NCBI RefSeq assembly: GCF_048593235.1
Contig: NC_133617.1
Span: 476,202,958 to 476,266,957 of the forward strand
Reading direction: 5' to 3'
From: Sminthopsis crassicaudata
Taxonomy: Eukaryota
Length of the DNA stretch: 64,000 nt
The notes under the pieces were generated by a model. That model searched no databases and was not told the DNA's origin. It was given only the letters and a program-made list of their open reading frames with translations. Positions 1-12,800 of this stretch are shown here, in pieces. Each line of letters opens with the position of its first letter. Position 1 is the stretch's first letter. A program made the translations under genes and the position numbers.

Positions 1-2014
1 ATAAGCATTTAGCCATTCCATCTGGTTTGCATGGTAAGCCCTCCTTGTGCCAAATCTTTGTCTAATTCTATTATCAAAGAGAGGACACAGTATGAAAATT
101 AATTTGCCAAAGTATATAGAGAGTAGAGAAGAAGGATGGTATTCCACATGGGGATTATAGAAATTTCTCTAAAACAGAGATCAAAGATTTAAAGCTCTAA
201 GAGACCTCAGAGGGTATCTAATCCAAACTTCTCATTTTTTATTTTAGGAAACTAAGGCTAGGTAGGTTAAAGGGTAATGATTAAAAGTAGGATTTGACCC
301 CAGGTCTGTTTCCAAAGTCATTGTGCCTTACATCATATCCAGAATGATTCTATAGTCATAAGACAGCAAAATGTCCTAGTTGAAATTGAAAAGGTCTCAT
401 TCTATCTTCACACTCTTTGGAAAGAAATGTTTGCTTTTATAGGCATTTTGGTCTCAATCTACTTAAATTGTGCTTCTGCTCTATTCCTTAATACAACTTT
501 TCTTCTGATCCTTGAAAAAACACCTGCCTTGTAGGGAACAGGGTGGTAGCAAGAGTGGGAGGTGGAATACAAGGATATTATGAAGGAGGTGTTGAGAACT
601 GTAAGGATGAAGTCAAAGAACAGAGAATTTGATACTTTGAGGTTTCTCCTCCAACCTTAGATCTTTCTTCACTATTAATAAGTTAGGGGGCACTGACTTG
701 TAACAAATCAGGGATATTATTAGGGAAGGATAAAGAGGGCAGCATGGATTTCTTTAGTGAGGATTATTCAGCAAGAATTGTGTGGAAAGATTTCTGCCTC
801 CACACTCACCGCCCCCCCCCCCCCCCATAACTGTCTAATGTTTAGGGTCTTGGCTCGGTTCTGATTAAAATAGGGAGGGGTTAGATGACTTATTCAAAGA
901 CACAAAGTCTACAGTTTCCCCTTCAGGAAAATGAGAATAATCATAATTTGGCACTTTTCCTCCTCACAGTAACACTGATTAATGAGAGCATGGTCATAAA
1001 GCACTTAGTGACATGGAAAAAAAGGAGTCATGTTATCTGGCAGACAACTCCCTTTCTACTATACCAAGGCAAGTAGCAACTGATAGCAAAGCAGTAGTAA
1101 AGAACTTACATTTGCCAAAAATCAGTCAACAACTCAATCCAGCAAACACCCACCTTGTATGCAGTACTGTGAGGCACTGGGGGAGATACAAAGCATAGAT
1201 AAGACATGGTCCTTGCCTTCATGGAGCTTACCAGAAGAATGCCAGAAAAAAGATGGAAAATTAACCAGTATTTAAATACCTGCTTTGCCTTGAGAATTTG
1301 TCCACAATAGAATTATAGTATTATTGGAATGATAGAACATAAAAAAAATCAGTTAATGAGCATCTATTAAACACTTTATATGTACCGGGTATCACACTAG
1401 ACAATAGGGATACAAAGAAAAAGATGAAATAATCTCTGAAAATATAAGATTCTGTAGGAAAGATAACTTTAGCGTTCCTTTGTAATTCAGCACTTAAACA
1501 TCCAAGAACATATGTAAATAGCCTATCTTGTTTTGGCAGTAAGAAGAGTCCAATTTATTTTTTGGTAGTTCTATATATTCAGATGAGCCCCACCCAGCAT
1601 ACCTGGCACACATAGACCTACCAGGAAACCTGTCAGTATCTAAATGAGAATGGCATAGCTGAAGTTTCACCCTTTCCAACCAGTTCCACAACCCAGTGGC
1701 CCATTGGGTTACTCCTATGCTATTCTACCTGTATCTATAGTCTGGGAAGTTAGGTGTGGAGTTTCTATTATGTTGCTCTTTGGACAATGGTTCTGATAGG
1801 CCTATCTTGCCCTCAAGCTGCTGGGTAGAGAGCAATCAAATCTTTGATCATCTCTGGACAATTACTCATTAGCTGCCTGGGAGTTCCTTAGTCAGCACTG
1901 TAACTAGATCATATGAAAAGAGAATTTTGGTGACAGAAAATTAGGAAACCCAGGCATTTGGCAGGGGGAGGGGGAATCCCTAAGAGCAGTTTCAAAGAAA
2001 GTTCATTTATGACT

Positions 2015-2200
2015 ATTAGGAAAGATAGAATAGATACTAGAACTATTGATAGAAATAGAACTAGAAGTAGAAATAAGCATAGATACAGATATAGGTGTGG
2101 ATATAGATAGCTATAGATATAAATACAAATATAGGTATAGGTACAGCTATAAATATTGATACAGATACAGACACAAATACACATACAGATATAGATATTT
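2015..2200. repeat. Degenerate (TAGATA/TAGAAA)n low-complexity tract
   Basis: Visible hexamer-like periodicity. Confidence 0.85.
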
Positions 2201-2679
2201 TCAAGAATCTATAACTATTGGCACAGAGAGCTCCTGAATAATGAAATTCCTTCTCTACCAATGCAAGTCAGCATTTTCTTTGCAACATATAGTCTTAGAA
2301 TGTTACTGAAGATAATAAGAGGTTGCACAAGATCATAGACAATATACATTAAAAATAAGATTTGAATTTAGTTCTTGGCTGTGGCCCTAGCTCTCATCAT
2401 GCAGCAAATCCTTTTCTAAGGACAATTTGTAGAATTTTCTGGTCCCCACAAAGTTACCCTCTCTTTTTGTTCTTGAATCTGATGGTCCTCTCTTGGCCAT
2501 ACTATAACAATCATTGTGACCAACCTTGTATTTCAAGATAGACTAGACAATCTTTGTTTAGAATGAGATGAATCTGAAAGATAATCAGGTTAAGAGAAGT
2601 ATAATTTTTAGGGAACATCTACATAATTGTATCATATTGTCTCTATAGCTCTCTATCTGTTTCTATATGTATTATATTA

Positions 2680-2900
2680 TCTATGTTGTTGTTCAGTCAT
2701 TTCAGTCCTCATTTGGAGTTTTCTTGGCAAAGATATTGAAGTCATTTGTCATTTCCTTCTCCAGTTGCTTTTACAGATGAGGAAACTAAGGAAAACTAGT
2801 AAGTAACTTGCCCAAGGTCACACATGAAACCATATTTGAACTCAGAAAGATGAGTCTTCCTGACCTCAGCCCAGCAGTCTTATCTACTGTGACTGCTAGC
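2680..2900 (-). mobile_element. MAR1-type SINE
   Basis: ttgttgttcagtcatttcagtc...ttttcttggcaaagat...gaggaaactaagg...acttgcccaaggtcaca. Confidence 0.8.
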
Positions 2901-2979
2901 TATTTCTATTTTATCTATATGTTATCTATTATCTATCTACCTCATCTATCAAGTGACTACAATGATCACTTGTTCTACT

Positions 2980-3592
2980 TGATATCAGAGGGTTCTAAGA
3001 TATGTTGATATATTGAACAGTTTTTAGCTATAACTCAAATAAGCTCTGAGAATCCTTATCTCAAAATTCACTCTCATAAAAGTCAGCCCCTGTAAGAGCC
3101 TTTTAAATGGGCGGACACGGCGCATCGGGAGATTTGAGTCCCCCAGGAAGTAATTTCTGTGGATATTAGGACTGCCTTGTAGGTGGAATCCTGTCCATTT
3201 TGAGATAGCTTCGTAATGGGTGACTCTCTCACTGATTGGCTGTGTGTGTGACCTCACAGGCCCTTTATAAGCCCACTGCAGGCAGCAGTCGCTCTCTTTA
3301 ACCTGGCGTTCTTCACCCTGGTTCCCTAGCTTGGGTGGCCAAGCCAAGATGGGTAGCCAAAAGAGGTAAGGATTTTGGTAGTGAACACGTGGGTCTTCTG
3401 ACCAGGTGTTCACTCGGGAACCAACAAATCAGGGCATCAGTCAGGGCATTATGTGAGTAGGTATAATAAAGGCTTTTAAGATTACACGTGGCTGTTCTTG
3501 AGTGCGCTACCGGTTATTAAGCTATAGATTCAAGAGATCATGGCCAGAGACCTTTGAAGGCTTCAGAGGAGGCGAGCCGGGTAGAGTTCACA
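2980..3592 (+). mobile_element. Solo ERV LTR (relatively young, CpG-retaining)
   Basis: TG...CA termini with 5-bp TSD CTACT (2975-2979)/CTGCT (3593-3597); ATTGG 3235-3239, TATAA 3266-3270, AATAAA 3465-3470; many more CpGs than the flanks. Confidence 0.8.
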
Positions 3593-4835
3593 CTGCTAAG
3601 CACAGTGGTCAAAGGTACTCTGGTGGGTCTAGGACAGACTAGTAATTGTAACTGCCAGGAGAGCACACTACAAGCCCCTGAGCCTAGCTGACACTTCCTT
3701 ACCTTAGAGAAGGAAAGAACAAATGAAAACAAAATAAACAAAACCAGCCATGGAAAGAAACAGGACCATGTTCAAGGCCAAGTGCCAAGACCTGAGTAGG
3801 GGGAAAATGGCCCAATACCTCTCTCTCCTCCAGATGCTAACAGTCATCCTAACTCAAATGCAACCAGTACGAAAGAAGTCCTTAAACATCTGTAAATGTC
3901 TTTTATAAACATTCTACCTGAGTAGTCAACCAAAAAAGATCTTGTCTACATAGTAAGCATTTGGAAACAATATCTACCAACATATGCCCTGAAATCCAAG
4001 TGAGAATTGAATTAAGCAGAAATCTCTGAGCATACTGAAAAAGAGCAGGCTCTTATTGCCCAATCCTAGTCTCCCATTATATAACAATATAGGGAGATCC
4101 TGATAAGGTACTTCTTTGAATGCACATTACCAACTTTTGAATATAGTCTTTAAAAAGTTTTCCTATGATACTGACTTGCCTGAGGTCACACAAACAGTAT
4201 AGAATCCAAGTAAAGTATGAATTCAGGTCTTCAAAGAGTCAGGGACAACTTTCTGCCTTCCCACATGATTTTGATTATTTCAAGTTCTAGCTTTAATTTC
4301 ATCAAACTTGTCCAGAAGAGGTCTATGGAAGTTTCTTTGGGGTCAACATTTGATAATATCTGGTTATGTCCCCACATACTGAGAATATAGTAGACTCAGA
4401 AAGATTTCGTCAAACAATTAGTGATATAGTGTTTGGATAATTCTCTTGGAAGTAAAATCAGGATGTATTTGAAAAAGAAGATGATATAAAAACAAAAGAT
4501 ATCAATTTTCTTTGAAGGAAAATGTACTCAAGTATTTCTGGAATATTTTTTTATAATCTCAATACATTTTTTATAACAACTTCACTCTTTGATCACTCTG
4601 GTACTTGATAATATTTCTAAAAATACTCTAACAATATGTATAATATGTATAACAGAGTGCTTATTGTCTCAGGGAGGGGAAAAAGAAATGAGTGATAGAA
4701 TTTGGGACTCAACTTAAAAAATTATTGTTAAAATTGTTTAACATGTAATTAAATATTAATTTTTAATACACTAGTTTAATTCAAGGGATTTTGTAGAACA
4801 ACATTCACTCTGTAATTCTAGCTTTAAAGAATAAT

Positions 4836-5320
4836 ATTTTTTTAAATTTTCAAAATATATGCAAAGACAATTTTAAACATTCATCTTTGCAAAACCTTGT
4901 ATTCCAAAATTTTACTATCTCCCTTACTCCCATCTCCTCCCTTAGACAGCAAGAAATCCAATAAATGTTTAAAATATGCAATTCTTCTAATATTTCCACA
5001 TTTATCATTGACAAGAAAAATCAAATCAAAAAGGAAAAAATGAGAAAGAAAAAAAGCAAGCAAGCAACAATAAAGGTGAAAATATTATCTTGTGATGCAC
5101 ATTCAATCCTCATAATTCACTTTCTGGATGAAGATGGCTCTCTCCATCACTAGTCTATTGGAATTAGCCTGAATCACCTCATTGTTGAAAAGTGACACAC
5201 TTATTAGAGCTGACCATCACATAATCTTGTGGCTGCTGTGTACAATATTCTCTTGGTTCTTCTCACTTCACTTAGCATCAGTTCATGTAAGTCTTACCAG
5301 ATATTTCTGAAATCATCCTA
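4836..5320 (-). mobile_element. L1 3' end
   Basis: Reverse complement of the same L1 3' UTR (acattcatctttgcaaaaccttgtattccaaa...cagttcatgtaagtc). Confidence 0.85.
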
Positions 5321-6039
5321 CTGGAATTCTCTTTTGGCCCTTACTTTTCCTGCCACCATTGGTTTTTGGTTGTTGTTGTTTTCACAGACTTAAAAGCAAT
5401 GGAAACATTTAATTTCTTTCTTAGATATTTCATGATTTAATAAGAGTTACATATAGTCATATAAATGTCTAGTAAATGTGTGATATAGAAGGGAAAACAG
5501 TATCAGTGATCTAGTTCTACAGCCTTTTTTTAGGCTGAAGTTGATAAACATGTAGAATCATTAAATTTCAGAGCTAGGACTTCTGAGATCATCTAGACCT
5601 TGCAATGACGAATTTCAGAGTAGGACATGGAAAACATCTCAAGTGGTATGTAATTCATCCCACACCCAGGATGCACTCTAGACTTGCTATCATGTTCTAC
5701 AATGCTGTGAGCTCCTGGAACATCAGGACTATCCATCACTCTTACAGTCTCTACTTCTGATTGGATGGCTCCTCCTAGAACTTTTATTTAAGGTGGAGGT
5801 CCAGGCCAGCTGTGTCTCATTCCTCTGCAGCCTGCATTTGGACTTTTTCACTATCTTGCCCCTGCTCTATTGCCTTCCCCACACTATTCAGGTTGCTTTT
5901 ATGTGCTGTCTTCCCCCATTACAATGTTGTTGCTTATCTTTCATTTTTGAAGAGGACCATTGCTTAGAACTATGCCTGGAACATAATAAGTGCCTGATAA
6001 ATTCTTGTTGAGACTGATTGAAAAAGAAAGCCCTCAGCA

Positions 6040-6540
6040 ACGTACTTAACTTTACCCTACCTGCTTGAAGACCTCCAAGGAGAGAGAACACTTTCTTTCC
6101 TGAAATGTCCTGTTTAACTTTAGGATACCTTTAATTGTTAAGGAAGTTTTTCCTTACATCAAGCTAAAATTTCCTTCTTTGAAATTTCTACCATTTCCTC
6201 CTAATTCTGCCCTCTGGAACTAAACAGAGTAGATTTAATCCTTCTTCCACATGACAGCCCTTTAAATGCTTGAAGACAGCCATCATCTCCCCCTGGAGTT
6301 TTCCCTTTTCCAAGCTAAAGGGCTTATTTAGCCAATCTTCACATAGTGTGAATTTGAAACTGCATACCTTCCTGGTTACCCTCCCCCGGATACATACCAC
6401 CTAATCAATGTGTGTGTGTGTGGTTTTTTTTTTTTTTAATCTATAGCACCCAGAACTGAACATAGAACTCCATATGTGTAGTGACCAAAATAGGAAAGAA
6501 GGATTTTCTTTTTGTTTCTGAAAGTTAGAAACCACTCAGC
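6040..6540 (-). mobile_element. L3/CR1 LINE remnant
   Basis: Minus ORF 6188-6400 (FSLEKGKLQGEMMAVFKHLKGCHVEEGLNLLCLVPEGR) matches the CR1/L3 RT C-terminal motif FSLEKRRLRGD...FKYLKG. Confidence 0.85.
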
Positions 6541-7859
6541 TCTGAACCCCATGTGTCCTCAAAAGCTGTCTGAGGAGCTCTGTAACTTGCCCCATAAGAG
6601 AGGTTCTTAAAGCCCAACCCCTCTTATACTCCATGATATTCGATTCTTTGAAATAAGTTGAGACAAAATATATAGAAAATGAATGTAAGGAAGTTTAGGA
6701 GGGAGAACACTAGCAGTTGGAAAGACCAGAAGGATTTCACACAGCATGTGGTACTTGTAATAAGCTTTGAACAAAGAGATTCTTAAGAGGCTGAGGTAAA
6801 AAGGTAGTATACTCTGATATGGGGAAAGCCTGGGCAAAGACATAGAAATGAAAGATGGAATTTCTTATGTATAGAGTGGCAAGAAGGCCAGAATCAAATT
6901 TAATAAGAACTTGATTATAATCTTGTTATAATATTAAATATAAATTTGATATAATTAGCACCTTGGCTTTGTCACTAATACATTCTGCACAAAACTAAGT
7001 CTTACTTCCCTAAATGTTTCCCCTTAGCTTATGTTCTCTGATTCTAAGAAGCAGGACTTAATGATTGGGACCATAAATTTGATTCATAATTTAACAGCAG
7101 GCCTGTGATCATCATATCTGATACTGTGATTTAGACGAGTGTATCCAACTAATGTGTTTTTCAGTGTGCAAGTTGACAGTTTGATGTGTCTCTTGCCCAA
7201 GTTTAAGCAATCTCTGTTTTCTGAGTCTCTGTTTTCCTTAACTTCTTAAGTTACCTCCTTGGATTTTGGACTCTTCCATCTTCCTATCATCCTCCCACCC
7301 ACCTTAGGAGGTGATAGTGCAGAGAAACTTTCTCTTTGAAGTATGGTCTTTTTTTGCAGTGCCATAAGTTTTGTAACACAGAAGATGAAACCTGATCTAC
7401 TTGAAGAAGTTTCACAGCTGGAAGTGATAGCTTTCCCTCCTTCCTTCCCCAATATGATAAATGCATATGGTTACTGTACCTGTTCAATTACCAAAGAATA
7501 TTGTGGAAATTTTTTCTGGGAAGACCACCAATGCTAAGAAGCATTTCTCCAACAAAATAAGTCAGATTCTTCTCCATTTCTCTTCATCTCAAAAGCTCTT
7601 CATGTAATTTCCTGTTCTATTTTCCTTTCCTCATCTCTGATAAAAAAAAAAAAAAAAGTTGCTCTTTTCTTTATGAAGGGTAGTCCCAACTAAATGTTTG
7701 ATACCTTCTTGATACTTGATATCATTCCTTCATATCTAATCCAGCAAATTGCCTCCTCAATTACTCTCTCTTTTTCCTCAATTCTACAACTTCTCTCTGT
7801 CTGGTTCTTTCTTTACTGGCTATATAAGATACCAGACACTGAAGTCCTTTTATGAACTA

Positions 7860-8170
7860 ATTGCCAAGCATTCCAACTCTACTGCAGAGAGCACAACTCC
7901 TTTGGACTGGCCACATTGTTAGAATGTCAAATGTAAGCTAGTTTGCCAAAAAGACTATCTTATAGAGAATTTAAACAGGGCAAGTGTTCACAAAATGATC
8001 ACAAAAAATGATTCAAGGACACTCTTAAAAACTGATTTATGACATGGGAGACACTGGCATAGAACTAGCCAGCATGGTGTGCCCTCATTTGAAAGAGTGC
8101 TGTTCTCTATGAGTGAAGCAGAATTGAATTAGTTCAGAAAAGTGAATGCACATTCTCTAAATTATCAAAT
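7860..8170 (+). mobile_element. RTE-clade LINE, C-terminal RT fragment
   Basis: Translates as degenerate QLLWTGHIVRM...ELKQGK...FKD, resembling the RTE motif QLRWAGHVVRM...YGEL..GKRS.GGQKKRYKD. Confidence 0.75.
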
Positions 8171-8179
8171 CTAATAGAC

Positions 8180-9460
8180 TTTTCCCCTCAATCTTAATCC
8201 CTTTCAACCATTTGCTACATTTGGCACTATCAACCGCCTTCTTCTGCCATTGACACTGTCTTTTCTGTGAATTTTTATGCTACTACTTACTATCCCCTGG
8301 TTCACTTCCTTGGTCCAAACACTCCTCATTCTTCTTTGATGGACCATCATCTATGCCAACTATTCTAACTGCAGGTTAGAACTGCATCAGTAATGGCCTA
8401 TTAGAAGTTTCAAACCAGATGTAAAACATTTTAAACCAATATATATAAAACTGAATTAATTCTCCTTCCCCCCTTTTTCAAACTTCTTTATTTTTACCAA
8501 AAAAAACCCTCATCCTTTCCACGTCTCAGGTTTAGAAACTCCTTCATATATCCAACCAATTGTTAAATTGTGCCCTTTCATATTTCTTTCATATCTCTTG
8601 CATTCAATCCATTTTCTCCCTTCATACAACTATCTTCTGCCTCAGGTCTCTCCCTACTCTAGCCCTCTAGCCCATCTTAAACACTGTAGCTAAAGAAATT
8701 TTCCTTAAAGATAGATTTGAGGGCAGCTAGTTGGTGTAGTGGATAGAGTGGATAGAACTCAGGAGGACCGGAGTTCAAATTTGACCTCAGACACTTAACA
8801 CTTCCTGGCTGTGTGACCCTGAGCAAATCACTTAACCCCAATTGCCCCAGGGGAAAAAAAAAAAGAGAATTGAAAATGCCTTGCTAACCTAGAAATGCTA
8901 ACCTAGCCTACATGGTATTCAATTAAGTAATTTTCAGTTGTTTTTTATTCTTCATTTGCCTTTTGTAATTTCTTGGCAAATATACTGGAGTATTGTGCCA
9001 TTTCTTTCTTCAACTCAACTAAGTGGCTTTCTGTTCATGGCCTCTAGGATATATTTGTGTGTGTGTGGGTGTGGGTATGAGTGTGTGTGTAGGTGTATGT
9101 AAACACATATGTATATATATTATATATTCCTCTGTGTGTAATTCTCTTTTTAGCTTGTAAAGCTATACATAATCTGTCTCTAATGGATTTTTCTAGCCTC
9201 ATTGGACATTGCCATCCCTCCTTAACTCTGAATCCAAGCAAAATTGGTCTTCTCTCAGTTTGTCACTCAGAACATTCTGTTCAAATTATGTCTCTCTGCC
9301 TTTGCACTGGTCTACATGCCTGGAATGCACTCCCTCCTTACATTCACCTCATAGAATCCTTCTCTTCCTTTGAGGTGTGTTTTGAGCAACATTTCCAGTA
9401 TAAAGTCTCTTCTGATCTCCCCAAATGCTAGTGCCACCCACCTAAGCTTGTATTTAATTA
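8180..9460 (+). mobile_element. L2 remnant hosting the WSINE1 and the inverted templated copy
   Basis: attttccttaaagatagatttga...ctctaggat...cctggaatgcactccctcctta. Confidence 0.65.
8721..8864 (+). mobile_element. WSINE1-type short CORE-SINE
   Basis: gggcagctag...ggagttcaaat...gctgtgtgaccctgagcaaatcacttaaccccaattgcc followed by an A tail. Confidence 0.88.
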
Positions 9461-9960
9461 CTCGGTGTGTGGGGAAGAGGAGGAGGAACCAGGAGATCAA
9501 ATAATGAACATTACATGAATAGCACTCAGCCTCATAACAGACCTATACTCATCTCTCAACATCTAACTAGATTTTATTAAACAATATTAATCCTACAGAT
9601 ATTCTTGCTCAAGTAAGACTGAAAAGCTAAGAATATACTAAAGATATTTGCAAGATTGAAGGAGAAAGTCAAGGAATGATTTAGGTTGTGTCAATATATA
9701 GACCATTTTGCCAGCCAATAATGATTTGACTTGCTATGTCTCCCTCATAGATAATTATAATTAGGAAAATGAATGAAGTCTGGGTTCATTTCTACAAGTC
9801 AAATTAAAACTTCAAGTATTATTTTAGAAAAAAATATAGGATTTGGAGTCAGATGACATTCATCCTGTTATGCTCCTGTATATGTTATAGTCATACATGA
9901 GATTTTGTGAAAGTGATTTGACATTCTTATCTTTAATCTGTAAAATGAAGAAAAAGAGAT

Positions 9961-10200
9961 GTAATCTAGGTGGCACAGTAGATAGAATGCTGAGTCTGGG
10001 GTTAAGAAGACTCTTTTTTGTGAGTTCAAATCTAGCCTCAGACACTTACTAGTTGTGTGACCCTGGGTGAGTCATTTAACTTTGTTTTCCTGAGGTCCTT
10101 ATCTGTAAAATGAGTTGAAGAAAGAAATGGCACAATACTCCAGTATATTTGCCAAGAAATTACAAAAGGCTCATGAAGAATAAAAAACAACCGAAAATTA
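9961..10200 (+). mobile_element. MAR1-type CORE-SINE
   Basis: ctaggtggcacagtagatag...gagttcaaatctagcctcagacacttactag...gaaatggcacaatactccagtatatttgccaagaaa. Confidence 0.85.
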
Positions 10201-11229
10201 CTTAATTGAATACCATGTAGGCTAGGTTAGCATTTCTAGGTTAGCAAGTTAAGCTAGTTCACTTTCTTAAGAAGAACAGAAACATTTGATTGACTGAAGG
10301 AATTGACTCAGTTGTTGACCTGGTTTCTTGGTCATGAAGATCTCCAGCTCCCTCTCTGAAGCATCTGTCTGTGAACCTACAGTATGATCAACACTGGGGA
10401 TGCTGTTTAGCTAAATCAACATAGTATTCTTAAGGGATATACTTGTTGAATATTATTTCTTTCCTATGGCTAAGTAAAATTCCTTTGTTAACTCATGAGT
10501 GACCATCTAGCGTCATTTTATTCCAATATCAAAATTAAATTACCAAGACCCAGCTTGAGTCAGGCCTAGATCACCACAAGACAATTAACTTTTAAAGTAT
10601 TTATGACTACAAATCCAGAATGGGAGGAGGAAAATATTCCTTAAACAATATTCACTTATTTGTACCACTTTCTCTTTCCTCCTATTATTTTATCATCTAT
10701 TATAGAATGATGCAACAGGGATTCAGATCTAGGTCTTCTGACTCCAAGAATATTATTCATTTGACAATATTACACTAGCCTGTTGTGGATTACTCCTTGA
10801 AAATGAGTGATCTTAAGGACGTCATAACTACTTTGCCACTCATCTGTTAAAAAAAAAAAAAAAAAAATCAGAGTACCTACTGCTCAAGTTTATTAGGGAG
10901 AGGGAATAAATTTACAAACTGTTAAGTATTGTTTAAATATTAGCACTTTTTATTAAAAAAATCATTAATCAAGGCACTGATTGGTACTTAGAAAGGGCCC
11001 TCAGTTACTCTAGGATGTTCCTCTATTATACTGAATTGTAATACCAAAAATAATAATAATAAAGCTCACTATACAAATCACAATCACATCAATATTGATA
11101 ACTGATTTAGCATATTTTATAGCTTAAACAACTTTTTAAAAATATGTTAATGATTTAAGAAAGCGAGTAAAGAATCTATGTACCAAATCATTAAGATCCT
11201 ATGGGTTAATGCATTTTAGAAACAGTAAT

Positions 11230-11600
11230 AATACTGAAAGGGATGTAAGAGATAGGTACAACCTCCTTTTTCTATCATGACTAATGGCCAATCATCTAAG
11301 CTCTACTTCAGCAGCACCAAAGGATGAAGAATTATCTCATTTGTGAAGCTGCCTATACTACTGTTGGATATCTATTCTATCTGACTTTTTATTGAGCCAA
11401 AATCACCCTCCTTGTAATTTCTATCTTTTGGTCTTAGTTCTTTCTTTGGAGTAAATCCAAACTAGTATGTTTTTTCTATCTACCAGCCCTTCACATATTT
11501 GATGACAGCTAGAATATTCCCTTCCTTCCCACCAAGGGTTTTGTTCTCTTAGGCTAATAATCTTCATTTCCTCGACTACATAAAGTGCCCCTTATTCTCC
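11230..11600 (-). mobile_element. L3/CR1 remnant
   Basis: Homologous to 6100-6330 (ccttcacatatttgatgacagct...ttctcttaggctaataa). Confidence 0.65.
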
Positions 11601-11609
11601 TGATTTAAT

Positions 11610-12130
11610 TTAATTCAAATCAATAAATATTCTTTAAGTCCTAATGACAAAGCACTGAGCTAGGAACTGGGATACAATAAGAAAAATGAAATAGCCCTTG
11701 CCCTGGAGAAGCTGACATTTTTCTAGGCATACATGTTCAAAAGTAAAAAGTCAATACAAAGTAAAAATAATTTTAGTTAAGAGATCTAATAAAGAAGGAA
11801 ATCAGGGAAGGCTTTATGTAGGAGGCAGCATGAGTTATGCTTTGAAATAAGTCATGTCTTCTATAGAAGGCAAAGAGGAATTGCATCCCAGATTTGAGAA
11901 ATTACTTGCACAAATGTATGGAGGAGCATTGCAGACAGAGACCTGGATAGAAACAATGCACAAAAGGGAGTTACATGAAATAAGACTGTAGAGATAGGTA
12001 GGAATCAGGTTGGGAAAAGTTTTAAATGACAACCCGATGATTTTGTATTTTATACTAATGGTGATAGGGAGCCATTGAAGATTTTTGGACAGAATCTGAA
12101 TGGTCGGTTTCTTGTTTAGACATGCATATA
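11610..12130 (-). mobile_element. L2 3' end
   Basis: agcactgagctaggaactgggatacaat...ggtgatagggagccattgaagatttttg. Confidence 0.7.
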
Positions 12131-12379
12131 TCAAACTGAAAGGGTTAATAGCAATTGTGCTTTGGTCTAGAATTCAAGGGATTGCATAGAAAAAGATTTC
12201 TCTCCTAAATTCTATTTAGGCTGTTACTTGTTAACCCCAAAGCCGGCATTTATATTCTTTACTCTTTAGGTAAACATCTTGTTTACAAAGGAGAGACTAC
12301 ATAATTTCATAATTAAAGGTTATGATGACTTGAGGAAAACACAATGTATCTTCAAATAAACCCTTGAGACTCATTTCTG

Positions 12380-12536
12380 AATTCTGTGTGTATATGTATC
12401 TGTCCATCTCTGTCTCTCTGCTTCTGTTTCTCTATGTGTGTATGTCTATCTCTGTCTCTCACTCTATCTCTCTTGATATGCTTGTCTGTCTGTCTGCCAC
12501 TGTCTCTATGTGTCTTTGTCCCTCTTTCTCTGTTTC

Positions 12537-12584
<48 letters not shown>

Positions 12585-12800
12585 TATCTGTCTGTCTGGT
12601 TCTGGCTCTGCTCTGGCTCTCTTTCTCTCTCTCTCTGGCTCTCTGTCTCAGGCTTTCTTTCCCACTTCTCTCTCCTCTTCTACTCTCTCCTCTTCTGACC
12701 TCTCCTCTCTCTTCTGTCCTCTCCTAACTTCCTTCCTCTCCCCTCTCTTTTCCTTTCCTTTCCTCCTCTCCCCTTCCCTTTCCTCTCTTCTTCTCTCTTT
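12380..12800. repeat. Compound (TC)/(TG)n microsatellite and pyrimidine tract
   Basis: Perfect (TG)n at about 12540-12582, flanked by TC-rich degenerate repeats. Confidence 0.95.

Noticed and set aside
3697-3745. Minus-strand polypyrimidine tract followed by AAG|GTAAGG (recursive-splice-like)
   Set aside because: The acceptor is the atypical AAG, and the presence and orientation of a host gene are unknown.
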